NCBI RefSeq assembly: GCF_004010195.1
Contig: NC_057728.1
Location: 50,479,804-50,532,839, forward strand
Reading direction: 5' to 3'
From: Chiloscyllium plagiosum
Lineage: Eukaryota
DNA: 53,036 bases
Positions 1 through 11,883 of the stretch are shown piece after piece. The notes below the pieces were generated by a model. The model did no database searches and was not told the origin of the DNA. It saw nothing but the letters and a program-made list of their open reading frames with translations. A program made the translations under genes and the position numbers. The number at the start of each line of letters is the position of its first letter. Positions within the stretch are counted from its first letter, which is position 1.

Positions 1-62
1 GCGGGTCAGTGTGGACTTGTTGGGCCGAAGGGCCTGTTTCCACACTGTAATGTAATCTAAAA
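1..62 (+). mobile_element. 3' end of HE1-like tRNA-derived SINE
   Basis: gtggacttgttgggccgaagggcctgtttccacactgtaa...atctaa, same tail as other copies in the window. Confidence 0.85.
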
Positions 63-73
63 AGAAAGGTCGA

Positions 74-135
74 TTTTGCCTGTCCTCGGATGCTGCCTGA
101 ATTGCTGTGCTCTTCCAGCACCACTGATCCAGAAT
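74..135. mobile_element. Short fragment of Penelope-like family 1 terminus
   Basis: cctcggatgctgcctgaattgctgtgctcttccagcaccact matches 16033-16077 and 13691-13725. Confidence 0.7.
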
Positions 136-137
136 AT

Positions 138-757
138 TGTCTATTCACCCTATCCATGCCCCTCATGATTTAAAAACCTCTATAAGGTCACCCCTCAGTC
201 GCCGATGCTTCAGGGAAAATAGCCCCAGCCTATTTTGCTTCTCCCTAGGGCTCAAACCCTCCAAACCTGGCAACATCATTGTAAATCTTTTCTGAACCGT
301 TTCAAATTTCACAACATCCTTTCTATAGGAGGGAGACCAGAATTGCATGTAGTATTCCAAAAGTGGCCTAACCAATGTTCTGTACAGCCACAATATGACC
401 TTCCAACTCAGAAACTCTATGCACTGACCAATAAGGGCGAGCATACCAAATGCCTCCTTCATTATCCTGTGAACCTGGGACTCCACTTTCAAGGAACTGT
501 GAATGTGTACTCAAAGGTCTCTTTGTTCACGAACACTCTCCAATACCTTCCCGTTAAGTGTACAAGTCCTGCCCTGATTTGCTTTTCCAAAATGTAGCAC
601 CTCACTTTAATTTATCTAGATTAGACTCCGTCTGATTAAGGTCCCGTTGTACTCTGAGGTAACCTTTGCTGTCCACAATATCTCTAGTTTTGGTGTCAGC
701 TGCAAATTTGCTAATCATACCTCCTATGTTTATGTCCAAATCATTTCTATAAATGAT
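138..757 (-). mobile_element. CR1 LINE ORF2 3' fragment (degenerate)
   Basis: ORF 163..492(-) LYRTLVRPLLEY..QFWSP..RRLRGDLIEVFK, typical CR1 ORF2 C-terminus. Confidence 0.92.
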
Positions 758-947
758 TAAGAAGGAATCTGCAAAAAATTGTCAGTGTATTGTAGTGATG
801 GTTGACCCATGTCTTCAGGCAATATCACCATTGGGAAGATATAGATGATGAACAGAAGTGGACTTGCGAAAGGTTTGGGTGGGTGGCTGCAGGGGAGGGA
901 AGCCATTGCTGGAGGTTCACCTCTTACAATTGGATGCCCAGAGGAGC

Positions 948-1993
948 TGTTACGACATTAGGTAAACCCTTCTGCTAATTTTAAACTAGACACACACAAG
1001 CTCACATCGCCTCCTAAACTGTAAAGCTGTGAGTGACAAAGAACTACCAAATCCCACTATTTGAAAAAAAATTAACAATTTCTCCTTTAACTCCAAGAAA
1101 AAGAAATTAAACAACTATCTACACTGTAAGCCTCCTTTGTCCGATTGCGTTATCTATCTCCCACTTTACAACAATATATTGATCCGATAAAACCCCCAAT
1201 TAAGTTTTAGAAAAAAAATCAGAATTCAAAACTAGCCAGTTATCGCTTTTCCCTTAGTATGATTAGATTAGATTAGATTCCCTACAGTGTGGAAACAGGC
1301 CCTTCGGCCCAACAAGTCCACACCGACCCTCCGAAGAGTAATCCACCCCCCTCTGACTAATGCACCTAACAATGGACGATTTAGCATGACCAATTCACCT
1401 GACCTGCACATCTTTGGATTGTGGGAGGAAACCGGAGCACCTGGAGGAAACCCACGCAGTCACAGGGAGAATGTGCAAACTCTACACAGACAGTTGTCCA
1501 AGGCTGGAATCAAACCTGGGACCCTGGTGCTGTGAGGCAGCAGTACTAACCACTGAGCCACTAGTATGTTCCTGGTTTTTTTCTTCGGTCTTCTGACAGA
1601 TTTCATATGAAAAGATACCTTTCAGAGCATCTCTATGGGCAATTTAACTTTGAAAGAGTGGGTCTGCAGACAGTATGATGCTTTTTGCTACTCTAGTTAA
1701 CTGTTCAAATTGCCCGATTTTAAAAAAAATACCAGAAAACATCGGATCGTCTCATTGGTTTGATGTCATCCAAAGCAGTAAAATTCAAATTCGATTGGAT
1801 TTTGGTTTCTTGGGGCATAATTTAAACTGGCCAAATTTGAATATGTTGTGTAACGTAGCAACTCAGCTCCAGCCATTTGTTTCACAGCCAAATGTTACAT
1901 ATTAAAATTTTTCAGCACAGTCTCTGCTTGTTAAGTCCTTGCCAGCTTTCACACTGTCTTAAAGGTACAATACGCACCTATAACTTCATAACA
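948..1993. mobile_element. Possible solo LTR interrupted by a SINE
   Basis: Starts tgttacga, ends tcataaca (7/8 inverted match, TG...CA); no TSD seen. Confidence 0.35.
1262..1561 (-). mobile_element. HE1-like SINE with (TCTAA)n tail
   Basis: tRNA-like head on minus strand; 7-bp TSD tagtatg at 1255-1261 and 1562-1568. Confidence 0.92.
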
Positions 1994-3628
1994 CTGTCAA
2001 AGGAAGGTAGTGCTGCCAAGGTGAGCAAAAGTAGATGTCAGCAAATAGGTGCTTGTGGGGCACTGTGCTCCAAGAGACCTTTTGCTCCTTTGTACCATAA
2101 TTCCAAGTCCTGTTGCCGCAAAAAGGATTTCAGAAAAGTTCTAGGCAAGAAAAACTTGCCTGCTAAATGTAGTTTAAGGCCTTTTGTGGTAGACACTTGT
2201 ACAGAGTTTCACAGAATAGGAAAATGGTTAATATAAACATATACTTGTAAACACTCAATTTGTTTAGTTATGCACAATAAGAGCTTAAGACAAATTACAA
2301 ATAGTAAATTGTATGCATTGTTTTAAATCTGATTGGAATCTATACCCATTTAATCTAGCCCAATCTTGTGTCTGCAAAACTTCAAACCAGAGTACTTTCT
2401 TTGTTCTGGTATTTTAATGTTTATCCATGCCATTTTGGTGATTTGTTCAAATTGCTGTTTGTTTTTATATTTCTTCCACTTTTGTGTTTGACTTGTGGTA
2501 TTTATATTATAGTGAATTTTATAGATTTTTGCACACCAAATGTAATTAGAAAGCAATTAAAATGATCAACTTTACCGAATCTCAGATTAAAATATAGTAC
2601 ATCATAATTGTAAATTTTTGTTCCATAATAATTAAAGAAAAGTCACAGCTGTAAGGATGGCAACATTCATTTGTTGAGGATGTGAACAAGATTATGTACA
2701 CATATTAGCAAAAGGTATACTTTTTCAAAATTTGGTTTATTAACTTGATGTCTATGTGTTAGCCATAATCTCCTAAGAAAAGCTACATAACGGATGGCTG
2801 TCTCTTTTGAATTATGTGCTCTAAACGAAGCTTCACTTTTTCAGGAAATTGAACAAAATAAATATTAAATGTTTTCTCCTAAGCATCATCATATCAGTTA
2901 TCGACGATACTTTTCTCATTCTCTTGGTGCAGTTATATAATCCCGCTTGGCAATCCAGATATCTCTACTTTGGTAGTTGTATTTCTAATTGTTCTTCTCT
3001 TGTATTTGCATACAAACAGAAACCTATCTGTCTCCCTATTGATGCAATAATTGGCAAATGATCGTCAGCTGCTTCCATTTTCTGAATATAAATGGATGTT
3101 ATGCATTTGTAGCACAGAGGCAATTAGTATCAGCAAAAACCTGAGGTCTGGCATATAGCAAATATCAGATTTGTAGTATATGGGAAACTCCCATATAGCC
3201 TCTTCCATAGAAAAGGAATTGACTGGTATAGCTCTGCCGAGTACTTGAAGAGTAGATACAATGATGTCAGTTACATCCTGATATCTGACATGCTTCTGGT
3301 ATGAACCTACTGGAAATAAAAGCAAATACACGCTGCTAAGTATGCTACTGTGAGTTTTACTTCATTTAGCATAGGGTGGTATAATTATTGAATCCCATTT
3401 GATTTCTGTGCATCTAAATGCTCTCCTTCCTCAAAAAGCTTACAGAAACATTTTGCTCCAACTACTTAGTGATTTCTTCTCCTTAAGACACATATCACTG
3501 TCGTTTTATGATCTGCCGATATTAGTGTCCTTTCCCTCAGAAAAATAATTGTAACAGATGACATTTTTCTGGTGTTATAGCATACAACTGTGAAAGCTAG
3601 CTTATTTTGTAAACTTGCCCCTCCACAG

Positions 3629-3715
3629 ACAAATGGCCATATCTCTGTAACCGGTGATGCATACCAGGATAGACTGGCACGATTAGAAGGAGATAAAGAA
3701 TCCTTGGTTTTGCAA
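3629..3715 (+). CDS. PPFIBP1: Liprin-beta-1 coding exon (TNGHISVTGDAYQDRLARLEGDKESLVLQ), 87 nt, phase 0-0
   Basis: Acceptor ccacag| and donor |gtaagt; hand translation resembles recalled human PPFIBP1 TNGHLPGNGDVYQERLARLENDKESLVLQ. Confidence 0.95.
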
Positions 3716-5094
3716 GTAAGTAAAGCTGACACTTTTTAAAGTTTTTGTTTGAAGGTTATGATTTCTATAGTATTAGAAATGTGTATGTGTGAATTTATAA
3801 ATGGGTAATAGGCACAGTTTTAATATGGTACAGTGCAGCACAATGCAACTATTCTGTAGTTGGCAATATAAGCAGTATTTGCTAGGTTTTATCATACAAC
3901 ATACTTCACCTTCAATTGAAAATCAACATTCATGTGTGAAAGCTTAATGTAGCCTTGTGTGTATACACGACTACAGCAGTTCGTGACTGGCTGTTACTTT
4001 CTTGAGGGCAATTAGGGCTGGGAAATGTTGTCTTTGCCAACAGCACTGCTTCCCAAGAATGAATATTTTGAAAGTAATTGTGCAGCTTTAGAATCTTCAT
4101 TCACTTCAGTTTGTTCTAGCTTTTTCCTTTCCTGAATTAGTATACGCATCTATGCTGTTTTCAGTCCCTTCATAAACATCTTTTTTTTTTGTTTACTCAT
4201 TTTTGCAATGTGGAGAAATAGTAGTGAAGAAATTGCTTCTAAGCCAACCAATTGTGATTTGTCACTCCAGAAAGTTAGCTGTTTTCTGTAATCTCTCTCC
4301 CTCCCCTCCCTCCCAAACAAATTCAAAGTCATTCTCTGTGGAAACCTGCATGCTGATTTCAGTTGAACCTTTTAAAGCGTTGACCATTATTCTGTATTTC
4401 AATTATGAGGCAGGCACCTATTGAAATTTATTTTATTGAAATTTAAATTCATAGCAGATACTACGATTGAGCAAAGCCAAATATTTAAAAGTTTTTAAAA
4501 ATCTTTGAATGAGAACTGTTCACAAAAATGTGGTTAGCATGATTAGTTTTAACTATCTCAGATCCTCTTAATACTCAACAGCTAAACTTGGCTTGCAAAG
4601 ACACGTTGACTAAAATGTACAATTAAAATACTTAAGGTGTATTTATTGTAATATATCTGTATACTATAAATTTCAGACATGTTGTACACCTTGCATTTAT
4701 ACCTGTCGAGGCATTACAAATATATAAATCAGTTACAACATGTGGGCAGTCACACAAGGTTCAACTATCACTTTAATATTCAGAATTCTCATGGATTCTG
4801 TGCACAACGTATTGCACCGTTGTAAAATGCAATTGAATTTGAAACCAGCACCTTGGTCGAACTAATGCAGAAATATTTCATTCCCGAGCTTTTTAGGCAT
4901 GATGCAACATGCTTTGATCAGATTACCAGAATAAACATGAAATTGTTTAATCAACGGGCAAGCTAGGATTTGGTATTCTAAGTATGCGTAAAGTTTATTG
5001 CTATAATAATGAGCGACTCGCAACTTACAGCACTTTATAAAGGTGGAGATCTCCCTAAATGTTTCTGTACCAGAAGTTATACTTTGTTTCACAG

Positions 5095-5208
5095 GTGAGT
5101 GTTCTAACAGACCAGGTGGAAGCCCAAGGAGAGAAGATTCGAGACCTAGAGAGTTGTCTGGATGAACACCGAGAAAAGTTAAATGGTACAGAAGAGATGT
5201 TACAGCAG
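5095..5208 (+). CDS. PPFIBP1: Liprin-beta-1 coding exon (VSVLTDQVEAQGEKIRDLESCLDEHREKLNGTEEMLQQ), 114 nt, phase 0-0
   Basis: tttcacag| ... |gtaggc; hallmark liprin-beta coiled-coil motif, also visible in ORF 5059..5286. Confidence 0.97.
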
Positions 5209-5689
5209 GTAGGCTTGGAATTGTTGGGAGCAAGATGTTTTCTGAGTTGTAAAGTTCGGTGGGCATTGAGATTTGGAACCTTTTAAATGAAGCAACATTT
5301 AAGAGTTAAAGAAGGACTTGTGTCGGGAAGTTGGCCAAAACAAAGTTGCAAATGGTCATTCTTGATTTTATTACTGCAGTATCTTGTATTGTATTCTGAT
5401 GAAAATGCTTAGTAATGTAGTTGAGAGGTTGTGGTATTTTCAGTGAGAACAGGGTGGTCATTGTTAGCTTGATTAACTCTTTCTTTGACTGCAGTCAAAG
5501 AAAACTTTTAGACAATTCACAAAGCAGACTTTTAACATTCCAGTATCTATTATCACAGGTTAATACAATCAGAGTTTGTGGCTGAAAGAAGGCCCCTATG
5601 AAGTTCCAGTTCAGGATGTAGAATGGAATACCTGCCTTTGGATCTACAATGTTAATTTTATCACCCTATTAATTGTTTGAAAGTGTTGT

Positions 5690-5870
5690 TCCTTTATTGT
5701 CACTGGGTCAAAATCCTGGAACTCACTTCCTAATAGCACTGTTGGTATACATACACTTCAAGGACAGCAACAGTTTAAGACGACAACTCAATGCTACCTT
5801 CTCCAGTTAGAGATGGGCAATAAATATTAGCCCAGCCAATGATGCTAATCACCTGAATGAGTAAAACAAA
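5690..5870 (+). mobile_element. 3' end of CR1/L2-group LINE (tail shared with Deu-domain SINE)
   Basis: ...gttagagatgggcaataaatattagcccagccaatgatgc...tgaatgagtaaaa, similar to 46165-46340 and 19305-19380. Confidence 0.7.
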
Positions 5871-6066
5871 ATATTAGGCTGTGTCAACTGTCTAAATTTG
5901 AAGGGGTGCTTGGAGAATTCCATCTAACCAAATGGCAAAGCTGTTTGCTTTTTTTTACTATATGTGGGCATAATAAATATTTCAAGGAAAGTTGTAGGAC
6001 ATTTTTAGTAACTGCAGTCTGGTTAGTTTAACATCACTGGTGTTTAGGTTTTAAAACTCTAGTGAT

Positions 6067-6270
6067 TGTAACAAGGACTAGATAGATCTCATTGACTAAG
6101 GGTTAACCTGGGCCAAACAGGAGCGCTAGCTGACCGACATAACCAGGAGCTTCAGAGTCATCTCATTCTATGGACTGGCTCTGAGCTGGCTGGCCGGAGC
6201 CCATGTACTATGCACATGTAAATAAAGGGTGACTGGGTGACAGGATACCAGTCTACGTGCTGTTATTTCA
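6067..6270 (+). mobile_element. Probable short solo LTR
   Basis: tgtaac...ttatttca termini, AATAAA about 50 nt from the 3' end, GC-richer than flanks; TSD not evident. Confidence 0.5.
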
Positions 6271-6700
6271 AAAACCAATTGGAGAATATCTCCAATGTGC
6301 TTAAGGTTTGAGTTGATTAAAGATAGTCAGCACAGATTTATAAAAGGCAGATTGTGTTTGACTGATGACTAATTTTTAAAATATAATAATAGGGAAAGTT
6401 GATTAAACATTTGCAATGAATATTGTCTGTATGGATTTTAAGAATGCATTTAACATTGCAAATATAAGGTTGATTTTTTAAAAAAAATTGATGCTTGAAA
6501 CATGTTTCTCAACTGCATTCTCCTGCCTTTTCACCGTAACCTTTGCTCCCCTTACTAATCTAGAATCTCTGTCGTAAGTACATTCTATTGTTCAAGGAAT
6601 GAGAGAGTTCAGCTACAAAATTAAATTGGAGGGGCTGAAATTGTTCTCTTTGGTGCAAAGGAGGTTGAGGGAGGCTTGTGTAAGTTAAGCAAAGAAATTA

Positions 6701-6915
6701 GGGCGGCACGGTGGCACAGTGGTTAGCACTGCTGCCTCACAGCGCCAGAGATCCGGGTTCAACCTGCCAAATTGCCCGTAGTGTTAGGTAAGGGGTAAAT
6801 GTAGGGGTAGGGTGGGTTGCGCTTCGGCGGGGCGGTGTGGACTTGTTGGGCCGAAGGGCCTGTTTCCACACTGTAACTAATCTAATCTAATCTAATCTAA
6901 TCTAATCTAATCTAA
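6701..6915 (+). mobile_element. HE1-like SINE, internally deleted, with expanded (TCTAA)n tail
   Basis: Head gggcggcacggtggcacagtggttagcactgctgcctcacagcgccagagatccgggttcaa (Pol III A/B boxes); central region missing relative to 39686-39992. Confidence 0.92.
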
Positions 6916-7122
6916 ATGTTGTTGCGATTAGTTGATGGTACAAGGACTATGAAACATAGATTTAAGGTTTTGGACAAGGAGAATGAGCTTTTTTTAAAAC
7001 TGAGACTAATCTAATCTAATCTAATCTAATCTAAATGTTGTTGCGATTAGTTGATGTACAAGGACTATGAAACATAGATTTAAGGTTTTGGACAAGGAGA
7101 ATGAGCTTTTTTTAAAACTGAG
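6886..7122 (+). repeat. Tandem duplication of a ~118-bp unit (SINE tail + 3' flank)
   Basis: (ctaat)n-ctaaatgttgttgcgattag...tttaaaactgag occurs twice (about 6886-7004, 7005-7122), one 1-nt indel noticed. Confidence 0.95.
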
Positions 7123-7757
7123 TGATAATGACCTGGAACTCTTCGCCTACAAAGGTCATTGAAGCACAGGAGATTTCAATGGGATATTACATATGTAGCT
7201 GATAGAAATGAGGATATAACAGGGGAATGGGACCTAACTAAGTTGCTATACAGAGAGCCAGCATGAGCTCAATCGGCTGGATAGTCACTTCTGTGCAATG
7301 ATTTGTGAATTACCTGATAGTTTGAAGTAATTTTTAAAAAATGCATCCTATGCTGTCTTAGTGTCTGATTCAAGCACCCTAAAAGGTTCAAAGGGCTATA
7401 CAATTTACTAAGTAGCAATTGATTGTACTGGCTAAGTTCTGAAGCCATCAAGAATAAGAGTGCTGAACCAAAGCATCCTGGTTTAATAATTATACCTACA
7501 TAAATGAATCACTACTCTGAATTTTCTCCCCTCCAGCTTCTCTGATTTAATAATGTCGTGAACGCTGTTTGACAGCTACTCATCAGAATGTGCTGGTGAA
7601 GAAGGCATTCGACTCTGAAAATAGATTTGTCTCTCAGTTGCCATATCATCTTTGTACAGAAATACTGCAGATACTGAACTGCAAGCCAGCTTCTTTTCTG
7701 TACAGCAATTGTGATATTTTATGCAAGCAGTGTACACAGTCACTCTTCTTGTTTTAG

Positions 7758-7889
7758 GAGCTCTTGAGCAGGACATCATTGGAGACTCAGAAATTGGATC
7801 TGATGGCTGAGGTGTCAAATCTGAAGATCAAGCTGAGTGCATTGGAAAAGGATAGGTTGGAATATGAAGAAAGGTATAAAGATACTGAG
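7758..7889 (+). CDS. PPFIBP1: Liprin-beta-1 coding exon (ELLSRTSLETQKLDLMAEVSNLKIKLSALEKDRLEYEERYKDTE), 132 nt, phase 0-0
   Basis: gttttag| ... |gtgaga; ELLSRTSLETQKLDLMAE is conserved liprin-beta sequence. Confidence 0.97.
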
Positions 7890-8104
7890 GTGAGACGAAT
7901 AATACTTTCTACCATTTTAATGCTGTAGAATATATCTTTACTTGACTTTCTCAAGTAAATTTACCATTGAATTAAAAAGTTTCTTCCACCTTTAGTAATT
8001 TGGGCTGCATAAGTATTTGCCTGTCCATTTTTTGTTTTTTCAGTTTCCCTTCTAAATCTCTTTTAAGCCCTACTACTTACTTCCACTAATCTTTATTTGG
8101 AATT

Positions 8105-8298
8105 TGGTTAGCTTAATTTATTAGACTGCTGGTTTCCAATGCAGAGTTATGCAGCATGAGTTCAATTCCCACATCAGCTGAGGTTACCATGAAGGACTCT
8201 CCTCCTCAACCTTTCTTCTTGCCTGAGGTGTGACAACCATCAGATTAAATCAGCACCAGTTGTCTCTCTCTAATGGCGCAGTGACTATGGTGACTTTT
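8105..8298 (+). mobile_element. Old tRNA-derived SINE (second family)
   Basis: tggttagct... A-box-like and gagttcaattcc B-box at about 8158-8169. Confidence 0.55.
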
Positions 8299-9051
8299 CT
8301 TTTTACTTCCATGAATGTTCTATTATGCTTGCCTTTACTCTATTATATAGCCATTCTAAATGTTTTTAAATAATTATTTAAACACAGAATGTCATAAGCA
8401 AAAGATATAATGAGGCATGGCAGTTGAGCCCTACTTCAGGAAAGAACAGAAGGCAGCTAGGATTCCCATGTCAGATAGCTAGCTGTGCAGCTGCTGTTTT
8501 TGGATATCACATGAGGACATGATTGGGCTTGACTGTAAAGGGCCATTGGATTCAAAAACAAGTACTGTACCAGTTTACAGAGAGTTCTTCTGATTTTGAA
8601 CTTGAGTTTGTAATGTTCAAACTGCTCCGTTCAATTCCTGCACTTACATGTTTTTAAAACTGCATGAATGAATGAGTAAAAAGATTAAAATGTAAACTGT
8701 CAATTCTGTACTACTGTCTATTGATTTCCACAGCAGAATGCAGCCTTCAGCAATGTTTAATCCTACTTGGTTTTGGCTGTGGACAAGTCCTTGATTGGTC
8801 ACCTTGTTATTGCCCATCACACAATACAATTAACAATAAATGTCACATTAATTTATATGCCCAAGGACTTTTAGTTTCCAAAGCTACAGCATTTTTAATG
8901 AAGTTAGTGGCAATGTTGGTCTTCTTGCAAACTTTACAGTTAAAGTTGTATTTTTGTTTTCAGCTATTCTATCCATGATGTCTTTGATTCACTACTTGTT
9001 CTAGTCACCTTTTTTTCCCTATTCTTATTTCATTTACCTTGTATTCTGCAG

Positions 9052-9153
9052 TCATTGTTTAACCTAATAACAGAGCTGAGACAGCAGATGGAGAAAGTGG
9101 AAGTGGAGCTAGCATTATTCCAGGAAAAGAGGTCACGGTTTGGTGATCAAGAG
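9052..9153 (+). CDS. PPFIBP1: Candidate additional cassette exon (SLFNLITELRQQMEKVEVELALFQEKRSRFGDQE), 102 nt, phase 0-0
   Basis: Long pyrimidine tract ending ttctgcag|, donor GAG|gtgact, stop-free in frame, aligns without gaps to the 18523 exon peptide. Confidence 0.65.
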
Positions 9154-9829
9154 GTGACTACATGACAGGATGCTTAATAACATTAGCATCTTGGCCAATG
9201 TGTTACAGTGCATGTTTCAACTTGATTGCTGCGGGAAGGGAATTAAGAAAGAGGGGAAATTAAGGTTACAGTAGAATATCTTCAGTCCATCTATTGCTGC
9301 ATTCTTCACCCAGTATTGCTAAATTAAGTACTCTATTAACCACCAGTATTTGACAAGCTTGTTGAAGAACGTATAATTAAAACAAAAATCATTCTTGCCT
9401 ACCAAACTCTTCTTATTCATGTGCCATATAATTCGCTGCAACATGAATTCAACCCATCTTTTTAATCCCATGAGGGAGGGTCTGTAAAAAGTTTTCTCTC
9501 AATCCTCAACTGCAAGCTGTCCCCCACCCTGCCACATGGAATGAAGCTGAAATAAGTAAATTATGCATTCCACATTTAACAATGACAGAGCATTGTGCTA
9601 GTCTCAGGAGCTTGGCACACAGAGCAGTAATATGTCATTGAATTGCAGGGGGCCACCCACAAACTTAAGTGAAACTTTGAAATAGCTGAAGAAGAACCTA
9701 TATAATTAGATTTGTTTGCAAACATACTGTCAAATAAATATGACAGTGAATATGTGAAGAAGTATTTTTCAATTTGTTCATACCTTACAATAGCCTGACT
9801 TTGTACAGTAAAAGGTGCTGAAAACATTA

Positions 9830-9953
9830 AGAGGATGTGAAGACTGCAGATGCTGGAGAAGTCAGTTGAAAAGGGTAGCACTGGAAAAGCACAGCAGGTC
9901 AGGCAGCATCCAAGGAGCAGGAAAGTCCATGTTTCAGGCATAACCCCTCATCA
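9830..9953 (-). mobile_element. Minimal Penelope-like family 1 insertion ending at a hammerhead core
   Basis: Shares gactgcagatgctgga...gcacagcaggtcaggcagcatcc with 13541 and 15680; 10-bp TSD gaaaacatta at 9820-9829 and 9954-9963. Confidence 0.8.
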
Positions 9954-11262
9954 GAAAACATTAGCTCTAGAACAGCTCAGTTATCTCTTTCTGCTCTACA
10001 TTTTGTCTTTGCATGAACCTACTGTGTCACCAGTGCAATAAAATAGTTTTCCATGTTTTTATGCTCCATGTAAATCTTGGAGCATTATCATAGTCTTTGT
10101 GTCTTCAGCCAGGGAAACAAGTGGATAGGCAGATGGTCATTCATTGGAGTCACTAGTGTGATAATCTGTCTTTTCTTTTATTGATGCATTTCATCCACAC
10201 CTCATGCTGAACATCATCCTAGCAATTTTGTTATACTCATAGTACATGGCAGTGCCTTGATATTTACAAAACACTGTGGCTTCTTGGTGTTTTTCACAAG
10301 AAGTGGCAGTGATGCCTTCTTTCCTTCACTTTCGATCACATTACATCTCCAAATATTAAATTGTGATCTTGTAAAAGACTGTATAACAGACCAGGTTCAT
10401 CCGCAGTAAAAATACCTTTTGGTGTGTATTCATTTGGGATCTGGCCGAATGTGGTAATAGCTAAACCTTGACCTTGATTTCAAACTCTAGGTGTGGAATT
10501 GCGACGCTATCAGTTGATGCAGTCACATGTCAAGCATGCACAAGTTTGGCTAATTCAGATTTCATTCTGTAACTTCTGTTTATTGTGGGCATCCTTCTAT
10601 ACAATTTCCAGTTTCTCCAGCTGAAATGGCTGCCTGTTTGCAGCTCGAGTTTGTGGTATTCAAATTTGACTGTAATTTGCTGTGGTGTCTCTTTGATTAT
10701 TCTTAAACCTCAACCCTGTTCTTCAAGAGTTATCTGATCATTTTTTCCTTTTAACACTGTTAATCAGCAAATATTTTCTTTATTTCAGTCAATTATTTTG
10801 CTTAGTGAAGAAAAGATAAATATGTTGATTTTGTATCTGATGTCGATAGTCCAGATTAAATCTGTTTGTAATTAATAATTTTATTCAGGTATTGCTTCTC
10901 ATGTTCTCAGTATAAAACCTTTGAGTCTTTCCCTTCTCCCTACTTGCTCCTGCTTTTTAAATAAAAATCAATTATATTTCCGAACTCCTACAACTTCTTT
11001 TCCTAAAATAAATACCCAAAATCTCAAAATGCCTTCTTGAGGCGTCATGAAGTGCTGTCACTTGTATTCTAATGCATGTTTAGGCTTGTTCTAAATTTTT
11101 GTTAGTGCTTGAGTGCAACGTTTTAGCTCAGAATTGAATTGTAAGTAATGTTTCTCTGAAAATTTAACATTCAGTGTGACAATTTCCTGTTGGATGGTTG
11201 AAGAAGCAAGCAAAACTTGTATGTTTAAAACAAAGACATAATTAGTTTCTTTCATTGCACAC

Positions 11263-11883
11263 GAGTCATAGAAGTTCTACATCACAGGAAAATGCCTTTT
11301 GGCCTGTCAAGTCTGCTAGTCAAAACAAGCGCCTAACTATGGTAATCCCATTTTCCAACACTTGACTCGTATAGCTTTGTACACCTTGGCATTGCAAGTA
11401 CACCTCTAAATGTTACTTAAGTATTGTGAGGCTTTCTTTCTCTATTGCCCTTGCAGGCAGAGAGTTCCAGATTTCCACCAATACCTCAGTGAAAAAAAAA
11501 TATACATCTCATCCATTCCAAATTCCCTGTCCCTTGGCCTAATTCCCAATCCCCCACCCCCCGCCAAAATCAGTGCATCTAACCAGTCCATCAATATCCT
11601 TATGTAATCTAAGGATATTCTCCTTACTATGTACCATCCCAACAATTTTTGTAACTTGCTGATCACACATTCTACATTCAAGTCTAAATCATTTATATAT
11701 GCTGCAATCATAAAAGTCCCTAACAGTGATACCTCAGGATTCTACTGGATTTGGACTTCCTGTCATAAAAACAGCCCTCTGTTTTCTGGCACTCAACCAA
11801 TTCTGGATCCAATTTGCCAACTTTCATGATTCTCTGAGCTCTTAACTTTGCTATCAGTCACCCATGTGGGACCTTATCAAAAG
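11263..11883 (-). mobile_element. Degenerate CR1 LINE 3' fragment
   Basis: ORF 11442..11711(-) YINDLDLNVE..ISK; CR1 3' tail at the left end. Confidence 0.8.

Noticed and set aside
235..597. 120-aa ORF and similar ORFs (38749..39198, 36588..36788, 39267..39626, 47558..47884)
   Set aside because: Antisense or alternative-frame readings of CR1 and SINE repeats, not genes.
1..3600. Search for PPFIBP1 start exons (MMSDAS..., SKALEYSNG...)
   Set aside because: No matching translation found; presumably upstream of the window.
6701..6762. tRNA-like sequences with A and B boxes
   Set aside because: SINE heads continuing into SINE body and tail; no complete cloverleaf.
6877..7035. Repeat-spacer-repeat pattern suggesting a CRISPR array
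   Set aside because: Pentamer microsatellite with an identical duplicated flank in vertebrate DNA; no unique spacers, no cas genes.
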